NCBI GenBank assembly: GCA_003152075.1
Contig: PLZG01000093.1
Span: 15,445 to 79,444 of the forward strand
Length of the DNA stretch: 64,000 nt
DNA from: a candidate division FCPU426 bacterium
GTDB lineage: Bacteria > Oederibacteriota > Muellerivitia > Muellerivitales > Muellerivitaceae
Direction of reading: 5' to 3'
The stretch's first letter is position 1. Each line of letters opens with the position of its first letter. The translations under genes and the position numbers were made by a program. Below are positions 54,471 through 64,000 of this stretch, in pieces. A model generated the notes under the pieces. The model saw nothing but the letters and a program-made list of their open reading frames with translations. It was not told where the DNA came from and searched no databases.

Positions 54471-54577
54471 AGTTCCTACGGTTCTATTAATACAACTCTT
54501 TTTAATAAAACTTTATGATTTGAATCAGGTTGGTTTTTTTAAGGTAATTCATGCTGGGATGCTTTTTTACCCCGATT

Positions 54578-55279
54578 TTATCCAGGCAGGTCAAAGTAAA
54601 GAAAGTGGGAATCCTTCTCAGCTAGAACGTTAAAGGAGTTTTCCTCCCAAATGGCAAGTCCGTCACCTTCGGAAAGCTTCTGGTCGCCGACCTTCAATTC
54701 GCCGCTGGCCAATTGAATCCAGCCTTTGCGATCCCAATGCAGGGTCAGGTCCAGCTTCGTCCCGGCCGTGGGCCGAGCCAAGTATAAATTAGCGTCCTGA
54801 TTGAGGGTAATGGACCCTTCCCGACCGTCCTTGGAGGCCGCCAGAAAGAGATTTCCTGTAGCTAATTCCTTCGAAAAATCCTTTTGTGCGTAGCCGGGCT
54901 TCAGACCGTCCTCCGCCGGCATGATCCAAATCTGAAAAAAGTGCGTTTCCTGGTCCTTCAAGTGGTTATGCTCCGAATGCCTTACCCCCGTTCCGGCGCT
55001 CATGCGCTGTACTTCCCCAGGCAAAATGGTTGATGCCGTTCCCATGGAATCCTTGTGATCCAGGGCCCCGTTTAAGACGTAAGAGATGATTTCCATGTCC
55101 CGATGACCGTGGGTGGGGAAGCCCGTCCCCCCCTGGATACGGTCCTCATTGATCACCCGCAAATCGCCGAATCCCATTTCGGTTTTGTCAAAGTACTCGC
55201 CAAATGAAAAGGTATGCCGGGACTTGAGCCATCCCATGTCGGTCAAACCGCGTTTGTCGGACTGCCTGAGTGTCATCAT
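54578..55279 (-). CDS. Pirin-family bicupin protein
   Basis: N-terminal cupin metal site ..GFPTHGHRDMEIISYVLNGALDHKDSMG.. (HxH...E...H). Both cupin domains are present. Start set at MMTLRQ. Confidence 0.85.
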   Translation of the reverse strand: MMTLRQSDKRGLTDMGWLKSRHTFSFGEYFDKTEMGFGDLRVINEDRIQGGTGFPTHGHRDMEIISYVLNGALDHKDSMGTASTILPGEVQRMSAGTGVRHSEHNHLKDQETHFFQIWIMPAEDGLKPGYAQKDFSKELATGNLFLAASKDGREGSITLNQDANLYLARPTAGTKLDLTLHWDRKGWIQLASGELKVGDQKLSEGDGLAIWEENSFNVLAEKDSHFLYFDLPG

Positions 55280-55371
55280 ATCGGTCTCCTTTGGCCCTAG
55301 GATTAAGGAGCAGGCCACCCTATTGCAAGCCCTGGAACAGAATGAAGGCGATGATAAATAATGACCTCCCC

Positions 55372-55385
55372 ATGACAGCCGTCAT
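55372..55385. promoter_or_regulatory. Palindrome ATGAC-agcc-GTCAT about 90 bp upstream of pirin
   Basis: TGAC-N4-GTCA core. An extra half-site ATGAC lies 11 nt upstream. Confidence 0.4.
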
Positions 55386-55498
55386 AGAGCCAATGCCTTC
55401 CCTAAAGCAATATAAACCTAAGGCTCTTGGAGTACCTTGAATAGGGGCATAAGGTTTCCTAGATTCCCCTTAACAAGTACCTACACAGGAGGTGGGCC

Positions 55499-55684
55499 AT
55501 GACGAATACAATCGAAACCGCAACCACTGTCCTTTTTGACGACAAAAGTGCCGTCGAGGCCTTTATCAAGAATGGCTGGCTGAAGAAGGTCGCAGACGGG
55601 AAGAAACCGGATGAATTCTTGTGCCGTTACACCCCCAAAGGGATGGAATTCCGTAGGATCATCAGCCGCTTCGAAGCTAACTAA
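55499..55684 (+). CDS. Small hypothetical protein (61 aa)
   Basis: ORF with a plausible RBS (ACAGGAGG) 7 nt before the ATG. No recognisable motif. Confidence 0.35.
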   Translation: MTNTIETATTVLFDDKSAVEAFIKNGWLKKVADGKKPDEFLCRYTPKGMEFRRIISRFEAN

Positions 55685-55727
55685 TCACAAAGTAATTCAC
55701 ATTTTAGTATTTACTATTCCACGGTGA

Positions 55728-55811
55728 CCATTTTCGCCATCATTTCCACATAGCCGGCACCTGCCACGCGGAACCTCGACGGGATATGGTTGATCTCCGC
55801 CTAATCATTGA
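55728..55811 (-). pseudogene. 3'-terminal remnant (~28 codons) of an aldo/keto reductase paralogue
   Basis: The minus-strand translation EINHIPSRFRVAGAGYVEMMAKMVTVE* aligns with the C-terminus of the AKR at 56262 (EITHILSKFRVAGNRYSEAMAKMVSAE*). DNA identity is about 75% over ~85 bp. It begins immediately after the DoxX stop. Confidence 0.5.
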
Positions 55812-55814
55812 AGT

Positions 55815-56237
55815 TTACCCGCGTTTGCGTCCGACCAGCGCGTCCAAACTCCAATCACCGGCTCCCTGCGCGGCCATAAACAGGAAAATGAAACAAAAAA
55901 GGACCGCGGGCTCGCCGCGGTTCAGGATGGGCCAAGCGCCATGCGGCGCGTGAAACTGCCAATAGGCCACCGCCATCTCACCGGACAAGATAAATGCGAC
56001 GGGTCGGGTGAAGAGGCCCAGTATGATCAAAGCCCCACCAAAGGTTTCGAGCATGCCGCCAATCCAGAGTTGGGACATAAAAGGCATTGCCGTATTCCCC
56101 ATTCCACCGAACCACCCGAACAACTTAATCGTCCCCACTTGAAAGAACATCCATCCCGGCACGACTCGAAGCAAAAAGTAGGATACCTGCAAGGCCCTTT
56201 TCCTGTTCATCCACAGCCTCCCGTATTTAGTATCCAT
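55815..56237 (-). CDS. DoxX-family membrane protein
   Basis: Four-TM ~140-aa protein with the DoxX pattern (..LLRVVPGWMFFQVGTIKLFGWFGG..). Confidence 0.75.
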   Translation of the reverse strand: MDTKYGRLWMNRKRALQVSYFLLRVVPGWMFFQVGTIKLFGWFGGMGNTAMPFMSQLWIGGMLETFGGALIILGLFTRPVAFILSGEMAVAYWQFHAPHGAWPILNRGEPAVLFCFIFLFMAAQGAGDWSLDALVGRKRG

Positions 56238-56261
56238 AGCAAGACTTCCAACAAAGATAAT

Positions 56262-57248
<987 letters not shown>

Positions 57249-57292
57249 AAGAGACCTCCGCCTTAAGAACTAATTATTGGTGTGAGGAAATA

Positions 57293-57943
57293 CTAACGAG
57301 CAGCCAACCCACTTGCTTGAACCATGGAACCGACCGGCTCTTTTTTCCCCCGTGGGACAGCAGCCCGAATTTTCGCTTCTCGACGCTCAATTTCCTTTTT
57401 CATCTCGACCATCAGGTCTTCCGAGCTCTGGCGGAAAAGGTCCGCTGTAACGAAATGGGGCGTGCGGAGGTTCTTCTGCGCCTCAAGGTCATAGGTGATT
57501 TTCATGGTTTTCGCGGTGGGGTCGGGTTGGATTTTCCAAACCCCCTGGTAAACCTGGAAGTGCTTTTGGCTGACTTCCCGGAGGGAAAGGACGCTCAAGG
57601 GTTCCTCATGGACCTTTAAAAGCCCTTTGACTTCCTCCCGGATGAAAAGAAACCCTCCCCCCACAGTCTGTTCCACCAGAAGGTCGTTGCCATCCTGCTG
57701 GCGGACATGGCAGTTCATATTGGAGATGAATTTCGAGAAATGGTTGTAATCGGTCAAAACGTTCCAGGCGGTTTGTTGGTCCGAGTCTACGGCGAAGGTT
57801 CCATTGAAGTTATATTGGTCGCCTTCCTGGCGAAAGGTGAATTGGACCTTGTCGCGGGGATGGCTAATTCCGTTGGATGGAAGGGCCATTAACCCGGCGA
57901 GGAAAAAAACGGCCAACAATGAGTTGAAAAAATATTTTTTCAC
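57293..57943 (-). CDS. Secreted SRPBCC-like protein, paralogue of 7430..8014
   Basis: Signal peptide. Shared core with 7430..8014 (..F.GTFAVDSDQQTAWNVLTDYNHFSKFISN..). Confidence 0.45.
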   Translation of the reverse strand: MKKYFFNSLLAVFFLAGLMALPSNGISHPRDKVQFTFRQEGDQYNFNGTFAVDSDQQTAWNVLTDYNHFSKFISNMNCHVRQQDGNDLLVEQTVGGGFLFIREEVKGLLKVHEEPLSVLSLREVSQKHFQVYQGVWKIQPDPTAKTMKITYDLEAQKNLRTPHFVTADLFRQSSEDLMVEMKKEIERREAKIRAAVPRGKKEPVGSMVQASGLAAR

Positions 57944-57992
57944 GTATTTAGTTTAAGCCTCGTTCTTGCCCAAATCCAGGTCCGAACTCCCT

Positions 57993-58688
57993 TTAATATC
58001 GCTGTTTCTTTTTGGAAAATAGGCGTGTCAAAAACCCCAAAATGAAACTTCTAAAAAAAGCGCCTAAACCAACAAGAACTATCCCCGCAAGAATCAGGTA
58101 AAGCGCCGTTGGGCCCAACCAAGCTTGCAGAAGCAGCCACTTCTTCCCGAAAAAATAACCGATCAGGATATAACTGCAGGAATAAACCACCGAACCCGTG
58201 AGATCGTAAAAAAGAAAGACCCGCCAGGGCATTTTCGCCATGCCCGCCAATAAATTCGCCAGGATGGGCGGAAGCAGGGCGATGAACCGCGCGATAAAGA
58301 CCGCCTTGGGACCATGGCGTTTGAAAAAGCCTTCAACCCTTCCCACCCTTTCGGGCGTGAGATGGAGCCATCGGATTTTCTTCAACCCGCTATTGCCCAA
58401 CCGCCTCCCCAGCCAAAAAGCCACAATGCCGCCCAGGAAACAGGCCGCCGTCCCTGCGATCATGGGTGGCCACAACGAAAACCCGTGTTTTCCTAGGATG
58501 AATCCCGCCGCTAAAAGGGTCGTGTCACCCGGCAGGGGAATCCCAATGTTGTTCAAAAACTCGATGAGAAAGACGAGCACATACCCGTAATGGGGGAAAT
58601 GAGGCAGTAAAGAATGGAGCCATTGGACCATAGTCCCCCCAGGATAAGCCCATCGGCGGTTAAAAACATGACCAGAGTCATAAGTCAT
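57993..58688 (-). CDS. DedA / SNARE-associated-domain family membrane protein
   Basis: ..FLIEFLNNIGIPLPGDTTLLAAGFILGKHG.. re-entrant loop motif typical of DedA. Confidence 0.8.
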   Translation of the reverse strand: MTYDSGHVFNRRWAYPGGTMVQWLHSLLPHFPHYGYVLVFLIEFLNNIGIPLPGDTTLLAAGFILGKHGFSLWPPMIAGTAACFLGGIVAFWLGRRLGNSGLKKIRWLHLTPERVGRVEGFFKRHGPKAVFIARFIALLPPILANLLAGMAKMPWRVFLFYDLTGSVVYSCSYILIGYFFGKKWLLLQAWLGPTALYLILAGIVLVGLGAFFRSFILGFLTRLFSKKKQRY

Positions 58689-58696
58689 CCCTGGGC

Positions 58697-61414
58697 TTGA
58701 ACCTATCCTCGCTTTCGGGGAAGATCGTTCCGGAAACGCGGGTCCAATCTATGCCATTTTTAAAAAACCATTTTTACCGTCTGCTCCAACCGGAAAGGCC
58801 GAAGGGCGAAACCGTCAAGGCTCAGGCGGCCGCTTCCCTCGCCTCCTTGTTGGAAATGGCCAAGGCCGACACCCCCACGCTGCTCAAGCAGCTGCACAGC
58901 TCCCCGGAAGGCCTTACCGAAAGCCAGGCCCGCCATCGACTCACGCTGCACGGGCCCAACCTTGTCGTGCACGAAAAACCCGACTCCTGGTACCAGCAGC
59001 TATTTCGTAATTTCCGCACCCCCTTCACCTTGCTTTTGGGTGTCCTTTCCCTTATTTCTTTTCTCACCCACGATGTCGCGGGAGGGACAGTAATCACCGC
59101 AATGGCCCTTATCAGCGTGACCCTCGGCTTTTTCCAGGAATACCGCTCCAGCCAGGCCGCCGAAAAACTCAAGGCCATGGTGACCAACCGGGCCACGGTC
59201 ATGCGCCGCAAAGAGGGTGCCCCACCTGAATATCTTGAGGAACCCATGCAGAACCTGGTGCCGGGCGACATCCTCCACCTGGCCGCCGGGGACATGGTTC
59301 CCGCCGACCTTCGCCTGCTTTCGGCCAAGGACCTTTTCGTGAGCCAAGCGGCCCTCACGGGAGAATCCCTGCCCGTGGAAAAATTAGCGGTCCCACCCGA
59401 ATCCGCAGCCGCCAATCCCTTGGAGATGCCCATTCTATGCTTCATGGGAAGCAACGTCTTGAGCGGCACCGCCACCGCCGTGGTACTGCGCACCGGCGCG
59501 GGAACTTACCTGGGCACATTGGCCGAAACCGTGGTGGGCCGCAGGGTCCTGACTTCATTCGAGCAGGGAGTAAACCGCTTCACCCTGCTCATGTTGTACT
59601 TCATGCTGGTAATGGTTCCCCTTGTCTTCCTGATCAACGGTTTGCTCAAGCATAACTGGTTCGAGGCCTTCATGTTCGCCATCGCGGTGGCGGTAGGGCT
59701 GACCCCCGAGATGCTCCCCATGATCGTGACCGTCAACCTGGCAAAAGGGGCCCTCATGATGTCCCGCAAGAAGGTCATCGTGAAGCGCCTCAATTCCATA
59801 CAGAACTTCGGCGCCATGGACGTTCTTTGCACGGACAAGACCGGTACCCTGACCCAGAACAAGGTGGCCCTGCTGAAATACGAGGACGCGCACGGCTCCA
59901 AGAGCCCCAAAACCCTGGAGTATGCCTACCTGAATAGCTTTTACCAGACCGGCTTGAAGAACCTCCTGGACGTAGCGGTTCTAGCCTTCGCGGACTTGGA
60001 AAAAACCTTGAAACCCCAAGCCAACTACAAGAAAGTCGATGAGATCCCATTTGATTTCGTCCGGCGGCGCATGTCGGTGGTGGTGGAGGAGGAAGGTAAA
60101 AGGGACCTCCTTATCTGCAAGGGAGCCCAGGAAGAGATTTTCAGCGCCTGTGACCAGGTGGAAATTGACGGTGCCCGGACACCCCTGAACGAGGAAACGA
60201 GAAAGGGCCTCACGGGGGTGCTGGAGAATTTGAACGGGGATGGACTACGGGTCATCGCCGTGGCTTATAAGGAAATGCCCACCGACCACGCCGGATATTC
60301 GGTAAAGGACGAATGTAACCTGGTTTTATTGGGATACCTGGCGTTCCTAGACCCGCCGAAGGAAAGCACCAAGCAGGCCGTGGCTCTTTTGAAGGATCAC
60401 GGTGTGACCGTAAAAGTCCTGACCGGGGACAACGATACGGTAACCCGGATGGTTTGCAACCAGGTAGGCATCAGCACGGAAAAAATATTATTGGGCGGGC
60501 AAATCGAAACCATGAGCGACGGGGACCTGGCCGGGGCCGTCGAGGGCTGTCACGTGTTCGCCAAGCTTTCCCCCTCTCAAAAAGAACGTATTATCAAAGC
60601 CCTGCACCAGAAAAATCACGTAGTGGGCTTTTTGGGCGACGGTATCAACGACGCCCCGGCCCTTCGGTCCGCCGACGTGGGCATCTCGGTGGATAACGCC
60701 GTAGACATCGCCAAGGAATCTGCCGATATCATCCTGCTGGAACAAAGCCTGCTGGTGCTGGCAGACGGAGTGCTGGAAGGCCGCAAGGTTTTCGGCAATA
60801 TCATCAAATACATCAAGATGGGCGCAAGTTCCAACTTCGGCAACATGTTCTCAGTGCTGGGGGCCAGCGCCATGCTGCCTTTCCTGCCTATGAAGCCGGT
60901 ACAGATCCTCATCCAGAACCTTTTATACGATATCTCCCAAACCGCCATTCCCCTGGACCGGGTGGACGATGAATACCTGGCCCTTCCCCGCAAATGGGAG
61001 ATCGCCGATATCGCGCGCTTCATGCTTTTCATCGGCCCCATCAGCTCTATTTTCGATTACACCACCTTCGCTTTGATGTGGTTTTTTTTCCACGCTAACA
61101 ACCCCAATCACCAGGGACTGTTCCAGTCCGGCTGGTTCGTGGAGGGGCTCCTGACCCAGACTCTCATCGTCCACGTGATACGGACCAACAAGATTCCTTT
61201 CATTCAAAGCATGGCGGCTCCGGCCCTGGTATTAACCACCCTGTGTGTCATGGCCATAGGAATCTATATCCCCTTCTCCCCCCTGGCTTCCCATGTTGGC
61301 TTCTCGCGCCTGCCCCTTTCCTATTTCGGCTATCTCGCCCTGACCCTATTGAGTTACTGCGTCTTGACCCAGCTGATGAAGGCCTGGTTTATTAAGAAAT
61401 TCGGAATTAAATAA
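58697..61414 (+). CDS. mgtA: Magnesium-importing P-type ATPase (MgtA/MgtB type)
   Basis: P-type motifs CTDKTGTLT, TGES, GDGINDAPAL. Ten TM helices. N-terminal ..SPEGLTESQARHRLTLHGPN.. is typical of MgtA. The true start may be an internal Met (58751 or 58856), because the annotated start lies 8 bp from the divergent DedA gene. Confidence 0.9.
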   Translation: MNLSSLSGKIVPETRVQSMPFLKNHFYRLLQPERPKGETVKAQAAASLASLLEMAKADTPTLLKQLHSSPEGLTESQARHRLTLHGPNLVVHEKPDSWYQQLFRNFRTPFTLLLGVLSLISFLTHDVAGGTVITAMALISVTLGFFQEYRSSQAAEKLKAMVTNRATVMRRKEGAPPEYLEEPMQNLVPGDILHLAAGDMVPADLRLLSAKDLFVSQAALTGESLPVEKLAVPPESAAANPLEMPILCFMGSNVLSGTATAVVLRTGAGTYLGTLAETVVGRRVLTSFEQGVNRFTLLMLYFMLVMVPLVFLINGLLKHNWFEAFMFAIAVAVGLTPEMLPMIVTVNLAKGALMMSRKKVIVKRLNSIQNFGAMDVLCTDKTGTLTQNKVALLKYEDAHGSKSPKTLEYAYLNSFYQTGLKNLLDVAVLAFADLEKTLKPQANYKKVDEIPFDFVRRRMSVVVEEEGKRDLLICKGAQEEIFSACDQVEIDGARTPLNEETRKGLTGVLENLNGDGLRVIAVAYKEMPTDHAGYSVKDECNLVLLGYLAFLDPPKESTKQAVALLKDHGVTVKVLTGDNDTVTRMVCNQVGISTEKILLGGQIETMSDGDLAGAVEGCHVFAKLSPSQKERIIKALHQKNHVVGFLGDGINDAPALRSADVGISVDNAVDIAKESADIILLEQSLLVLADGVLEGRKVFGNIIKYIKMGASSNFGNMFSVLGASAMLPFLPMKPVQILIQNLLYDISQTAIPLDRVDDEYLALPRKWEIADIARFMLFIGPISSIFDYTTFALMWFFFHANNPNHQGLFQSGWFVEGLLTQTLIVHVIRTNKIPFIQSMAAPALVLTTLCVMAIGIYIPFSPLASHVGFSRLPLSYFGYLALTLLSYCVLTQLMKAWFIKKFGIK

Positions 61415-61439
61415 GGGAAGGGATTTCTCTTTTCGGAGA

Positions 61440-63299
61440 CTAGGGATCGTAAGGCTCGAAGTCGGGAGTACCTTCCGGCTCCCACCGTTCAGGGGATTTC
61501 CAAAGGGCCGATAGCATCAGTTCCCGCATCAGGAAAAGTTCCCGGGGCAATCGGTCATACAGCTTCTCGAAGTGGGATTCCTGGGAAAGCAATTCGGCCT
61601 TCCATTCCTCCCGGTGCACTTGTGTCATTTCCGAAAAATGGGCCGGTGTCACCGATTCCAGCCCCTTCCAATCCATATCCTCGTAGCGGGGCGTCCAGCC
61701 AACTGGGCTTTCGATGGCGAAGGCCCGGCCATGCACCCGGGCCAGAATCCACTTCAGAACCCGGGCGTTCTGGCTAAAACCGGGCCAGAGGTATTTCTTG
61801 TCCGCGCTTTTCCGGAACCAGTTCACCCCGAAAATGCGGGGGGGGTTCTTGAGCCGCCGCCCGATTTCCAGCCAATGCTTAAAATAGTCCCCCATGTGGT
61901 AACCGCAGAAGGGCAACATGGCGAAGGGATCACGCCGCACCTGCCCCACCGCCCCCTCCGCCGCCGCAGTGGTTTCCGAGCCCAAGGTGGCGGCCAGGAA
62001 AACCCCAAAGTTCCAGTTGAAGGCCTGGTACACAAGTGGTACGGTTGTGGGACGCCTTCCCCCGAAAATGAAAGCGCTAATAGGCACTCCAGCCGGGTTT
62101 TCCGCGTTGGCGTCCAAGCTGGGAACCTGGGACAGGGGAGCGGTGAAGCGGGCATTTGCGTGAGCGGCAGGTCGGCCCGAGGTGGGCGTCCAATCCTTTC
62201 CCTGCCAGTCGGTGAGCTTTTGGGGTGGAATGGCTGTCATGCCTTCCCACCAGACGTCTCCCTCAATGGTCAGGGCTACGTTAGTAAAAATGGTGTTTTG
62301 CCTGATCGCCGCCATGGCGTTGGGATTGGTTTCCTCGGAAGTGCCCGGCGCAACGCCGAAGAGTCCCGCTTCCGGGTTAATGGCGTAAAGCCGCCCGTCC
62401 TCACTGGGTTTTAACCAAGCGATGTCGTCTCCCAAGGTGGTCAGTTTGAGGCCTTCCAGGCCTGCCGGGGCGGACATCATGGCGAAGTTAGTCTTCCCGC
62501 ATTGGCTGGGGAAGGCCGCGCAGACGTAGGTTTTGGCCATGTCAGGCCCCTCGGCCCCCAGAATCAGCATGTGTTCCGCCAGCCATCCCTCATCCCGGCC
62601 CTGCACTGAGGCGATACGAAGGGCGAAGCACTTCTTCCCCAACAAGGCATTCCCGCCATAGCCGCTTCCGTAGGACCAGATAGCCCTCTCCTCGGGGAAA
62701 TGCACGATGTACCTATCCTTCGGATTGCAGGGCCAGGAGCCGTCCTTCTCGCCCGGCACCAGGGGCTTCCCCACCGAATGGAGGCATTTGACGAAATCGC
62801 CATGGCCCAGGACTTCCCAGGCCCGGCGCCCCATCCGTGTCATGATCCTCATGCTGGCGGTGACATAGGGGGAGTCGGTAAGCTCGATGCCGATCTTGGA
62901 AAGGGGCGACCCCAAGGGGCCCATAGAGAAGGCGACCACGAAAAGCTTCCGCCCTGTCATACAACCGGTAAAAAGTTTTTCCAGTTTTCCCTTCATTTCC
63001 GTCGGGCTCATCCAGTTGTTGGTGGGTCCCGCCTCTTCCCTCCGGGTACTACAGATAAAGGTGCGTTCCTCGGTACGGGCAACATCCTGGGGGTCCGACA
63101 GGGCCAGGTAGCTTCCAGGGCGCAACCGGGGGTTCAACTTACGCAGCATTCCCGATTCCACCATTTGGGCGCAAAGGCTTTCGTATTCCTCTTGCGACCC
63201 GTCGCACCAATGGATGTCCTCGGCGTCGCACATTTTGGCGACCTCGTGAACCCAGTCGATGGCGGGCTGGTGAGTAACGAAGGCGGGTATCTTTTTCAT
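61440..63299 (-). CDS. pckG: Phosphoenolpyruvate carboxykinase (GTP)
   Basis: 619 aa. Conserved PEPCK-GTP kinase-1a/P-loop regions (..[31 protein letters not shown].., ..[13 protein letters not shown]..) and the C-terminal nucleotide-binding region. Confidence 0.95.
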   Translation of the reverse strand: MKKIPAFVTHQPAIDWVHEVAKMCDAEDIHWCDGSQEEYESLCAQMVESGMLRKLNPRLRPGSYLALSDPQDVARTEERTFICSTRREEAGPTNNWMSPTEMKGKLEKLFTGCMTGRKLFVVAFSMGPLGSPLSKIGIELTDSPYVTASMRIMTRMGRRAWEVLGHGDFVKCLHSVGKPLVPGEKDGSWPCNPKDRYIVHFPEERAIWSYGSGYGGNALLGKKCFALRIASVQGRDEGWLAEHMLILGAEGPDMAKTYVCAAFPSQCGKTNFAMMSAPAGLEGLKLTTLGDDIAWLKPSEDGRLYAINPEAGLFGVAPGTSEETNPNAMAAIRQNTIFTNVALTIEGDVWWEGMTAIPPQKLTDWQGKDWTPTSGRPAAHANARFTAPLSQVPSLDANAENPAGVPISAFIFGGRRPTTVPLVYQAFNWNFGVFLAATLGSETTAAAEGAVGQVRRDPFAMLPFCGYHMGDYFKHWLEIGRRLKNPPRIFGVNWFRKSADKKYLWPGFSQNARVLKWILARVHGRAFAIESPVGWTPRYEDMDWKGLESVTPAHFSEMTQVHREEWKAELLSQESHFEKLYDRLPRELFLMRELMLSALWKSPERWEPEGTPDFEPYDP

Positions 63300-63376
63300 C
63301 AGCGAACTCCTTGATGATTTCTTCCATCACGGTACCTTTTGAACCAAGGTGTCCATATGAGGATAGTCATAGAAAC

Positions 63377-64000
63377 CTATTCGTACCGGAGGGCCAGGAT
63401 AGGGCTTAGCTTGGAGGCCTTAATGGCCGGCCAGAGACCGAAAGCGATTCCAACAAAAGCCGAGAAAAGTGAGGATAGAATCACGGAAAAGGGCGTGATG
63501 ATGGTCTGCCATCCGGCGAAGAAAGAAATGGCAAGGGAAACGCCCCAACCCATCAGGATTCCCGCCAGTCCCCCCATCAGGCTAATCGTCATGGCTTCGA
63601 TCAGGAATTGGGAAAGGATGTCCAGTCGCCGTGCTCCGATAGCCTTGCGCAGGCCGATTTCCTTGGTCCGTTCCGTTACCGAGACCAGCATGATGTTCAT
63701 GATACCGATGCCGCCCACCAGGAGGGAAATGGCCGCCACCGAGCCCAGAAGCAGGGTCATGAGCCGGGTTATGCTGTTGAAGGTGGCCTGGATGTCGGCC
63801 ATGTTGCGCACCATGTAGGCGTTCTCGTTGCCCTGGGTGTTGGGGACACGCATTTGCTTCCTCATGAAGGCCTGCACCGAGTTCGTCACCAGGTCGGTGT
63901 CGCCGGGGTCCTCCACCTCGATGTCCACCATGTTCACATACTCACGGCCGAAGAGCCGGTACATGGCGGTGGTGACGGGCACGATAATCCGGTCATCCCG
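63377..64000 (-). CDS. ABC transporter permease, FtsX/MacB-LolE family (C-terminal 4-TM domain; N-terminus beyond window end)
   Basis: FtsX-domain pattern ..TERTKEIGLRKAIGARRLDILSQFLIEAM... The ORF is open to the window edge, so it is partial. Confidence 0.75.
   Translation of the reverse strand, partial: RDDRIIVPVTTAMYRLFGREYVNMVDIEVEDPGDTDLVTNSVQAFMRKQMRVPNTQGNENAYMVRNMADIQATFNSITRLMTLLLGSVAAISLLVGGIGIMNIMLVSVTERTKEIGLRKAIGARRLDILSQFLIEAMTISLMGGLAGILMGWGVSLAISFFAGWQTIITPFSVILSSLFSAFVGIAFGLWPAIKASKLSPILALRYE

Noticed and set aside
54300-54480. tRNA- or tmRNA-like sequence (GGTTCGGGACC resembles a T-arm)
   Set aside because: There is no acceptor stem, anticodon arm or CCA-compatible 3' end. 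The motif is part of a tandem repeat, so no tRNA was called. No tRNA, rRNA or CRISPR array was found anywhere in the window by eye.
58689-58750. Possible Mg2+ riboswitch (M-box) upstream of mgtA
   Set aside because: The leader between the divergent DedA and mgtA starts is at most ~60 nt even with the later start codon. That is too short for an M-box (~160 nt), and no characteristic pairing was seen.

Overview
This is a high-GC (~58%) bacterial chromosomal segment with no rRNA, tRNA, CRISPR array or transposase visible by eye. The content is dominated by aerobic respiration and periplasmic electron transfer. It holds an A-type cytochrome c oxidase operon with tandem-duplicated subunit III/IV genes. 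It also holds a Rieske/cytochrome b complex whose cytochrome b carries a fused dihaem cytochrome c domain, plus three tandem monohaem cytochromes c. There are two separate loci that each encode a Cyc2-like fused cytochrome-porin. The second Cyc2 locus sits in an operon of copper proteins: a type-1 cupredoxin, a stand-alone CuA protein, a COX2-like CuA plus haem c protein, a NapH/CcoG-like polyferredoxin and a rubrerythrin-like diiron protein. I propose this operon as an undescribed iron-oxidation / extracellular electron-transfer module. A recurring CRP/FNR-type palindrome (TGAC-N4-GTCA and variants) lies upstream of this operon, the other Cyc2 locus, the cox operon, both RIC (ytfE-like) paralogues, one of the two nitronate-monooxygenase-family genes and a pirin gene. 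The single Crp/Fnr regulator in the window is the candidate binder. Other notable points: many paralogue pairs (Cyc2, RIC, SRPBCC-like, nitronate-monooxygenase-like, aldo/keto reductases, small Cys4 ORFs), housekeeping genes (PFOR, H+-PPase, PEPCK-GTP, MgtA, PlsC), several short structured repeat elements, and an NHL-repeat surface protein with a T9SS-type C-terminal domain that hints at a non-proteobacterial host. All family assignments come from motifs read by eye in the ORF translations; no database search was run.
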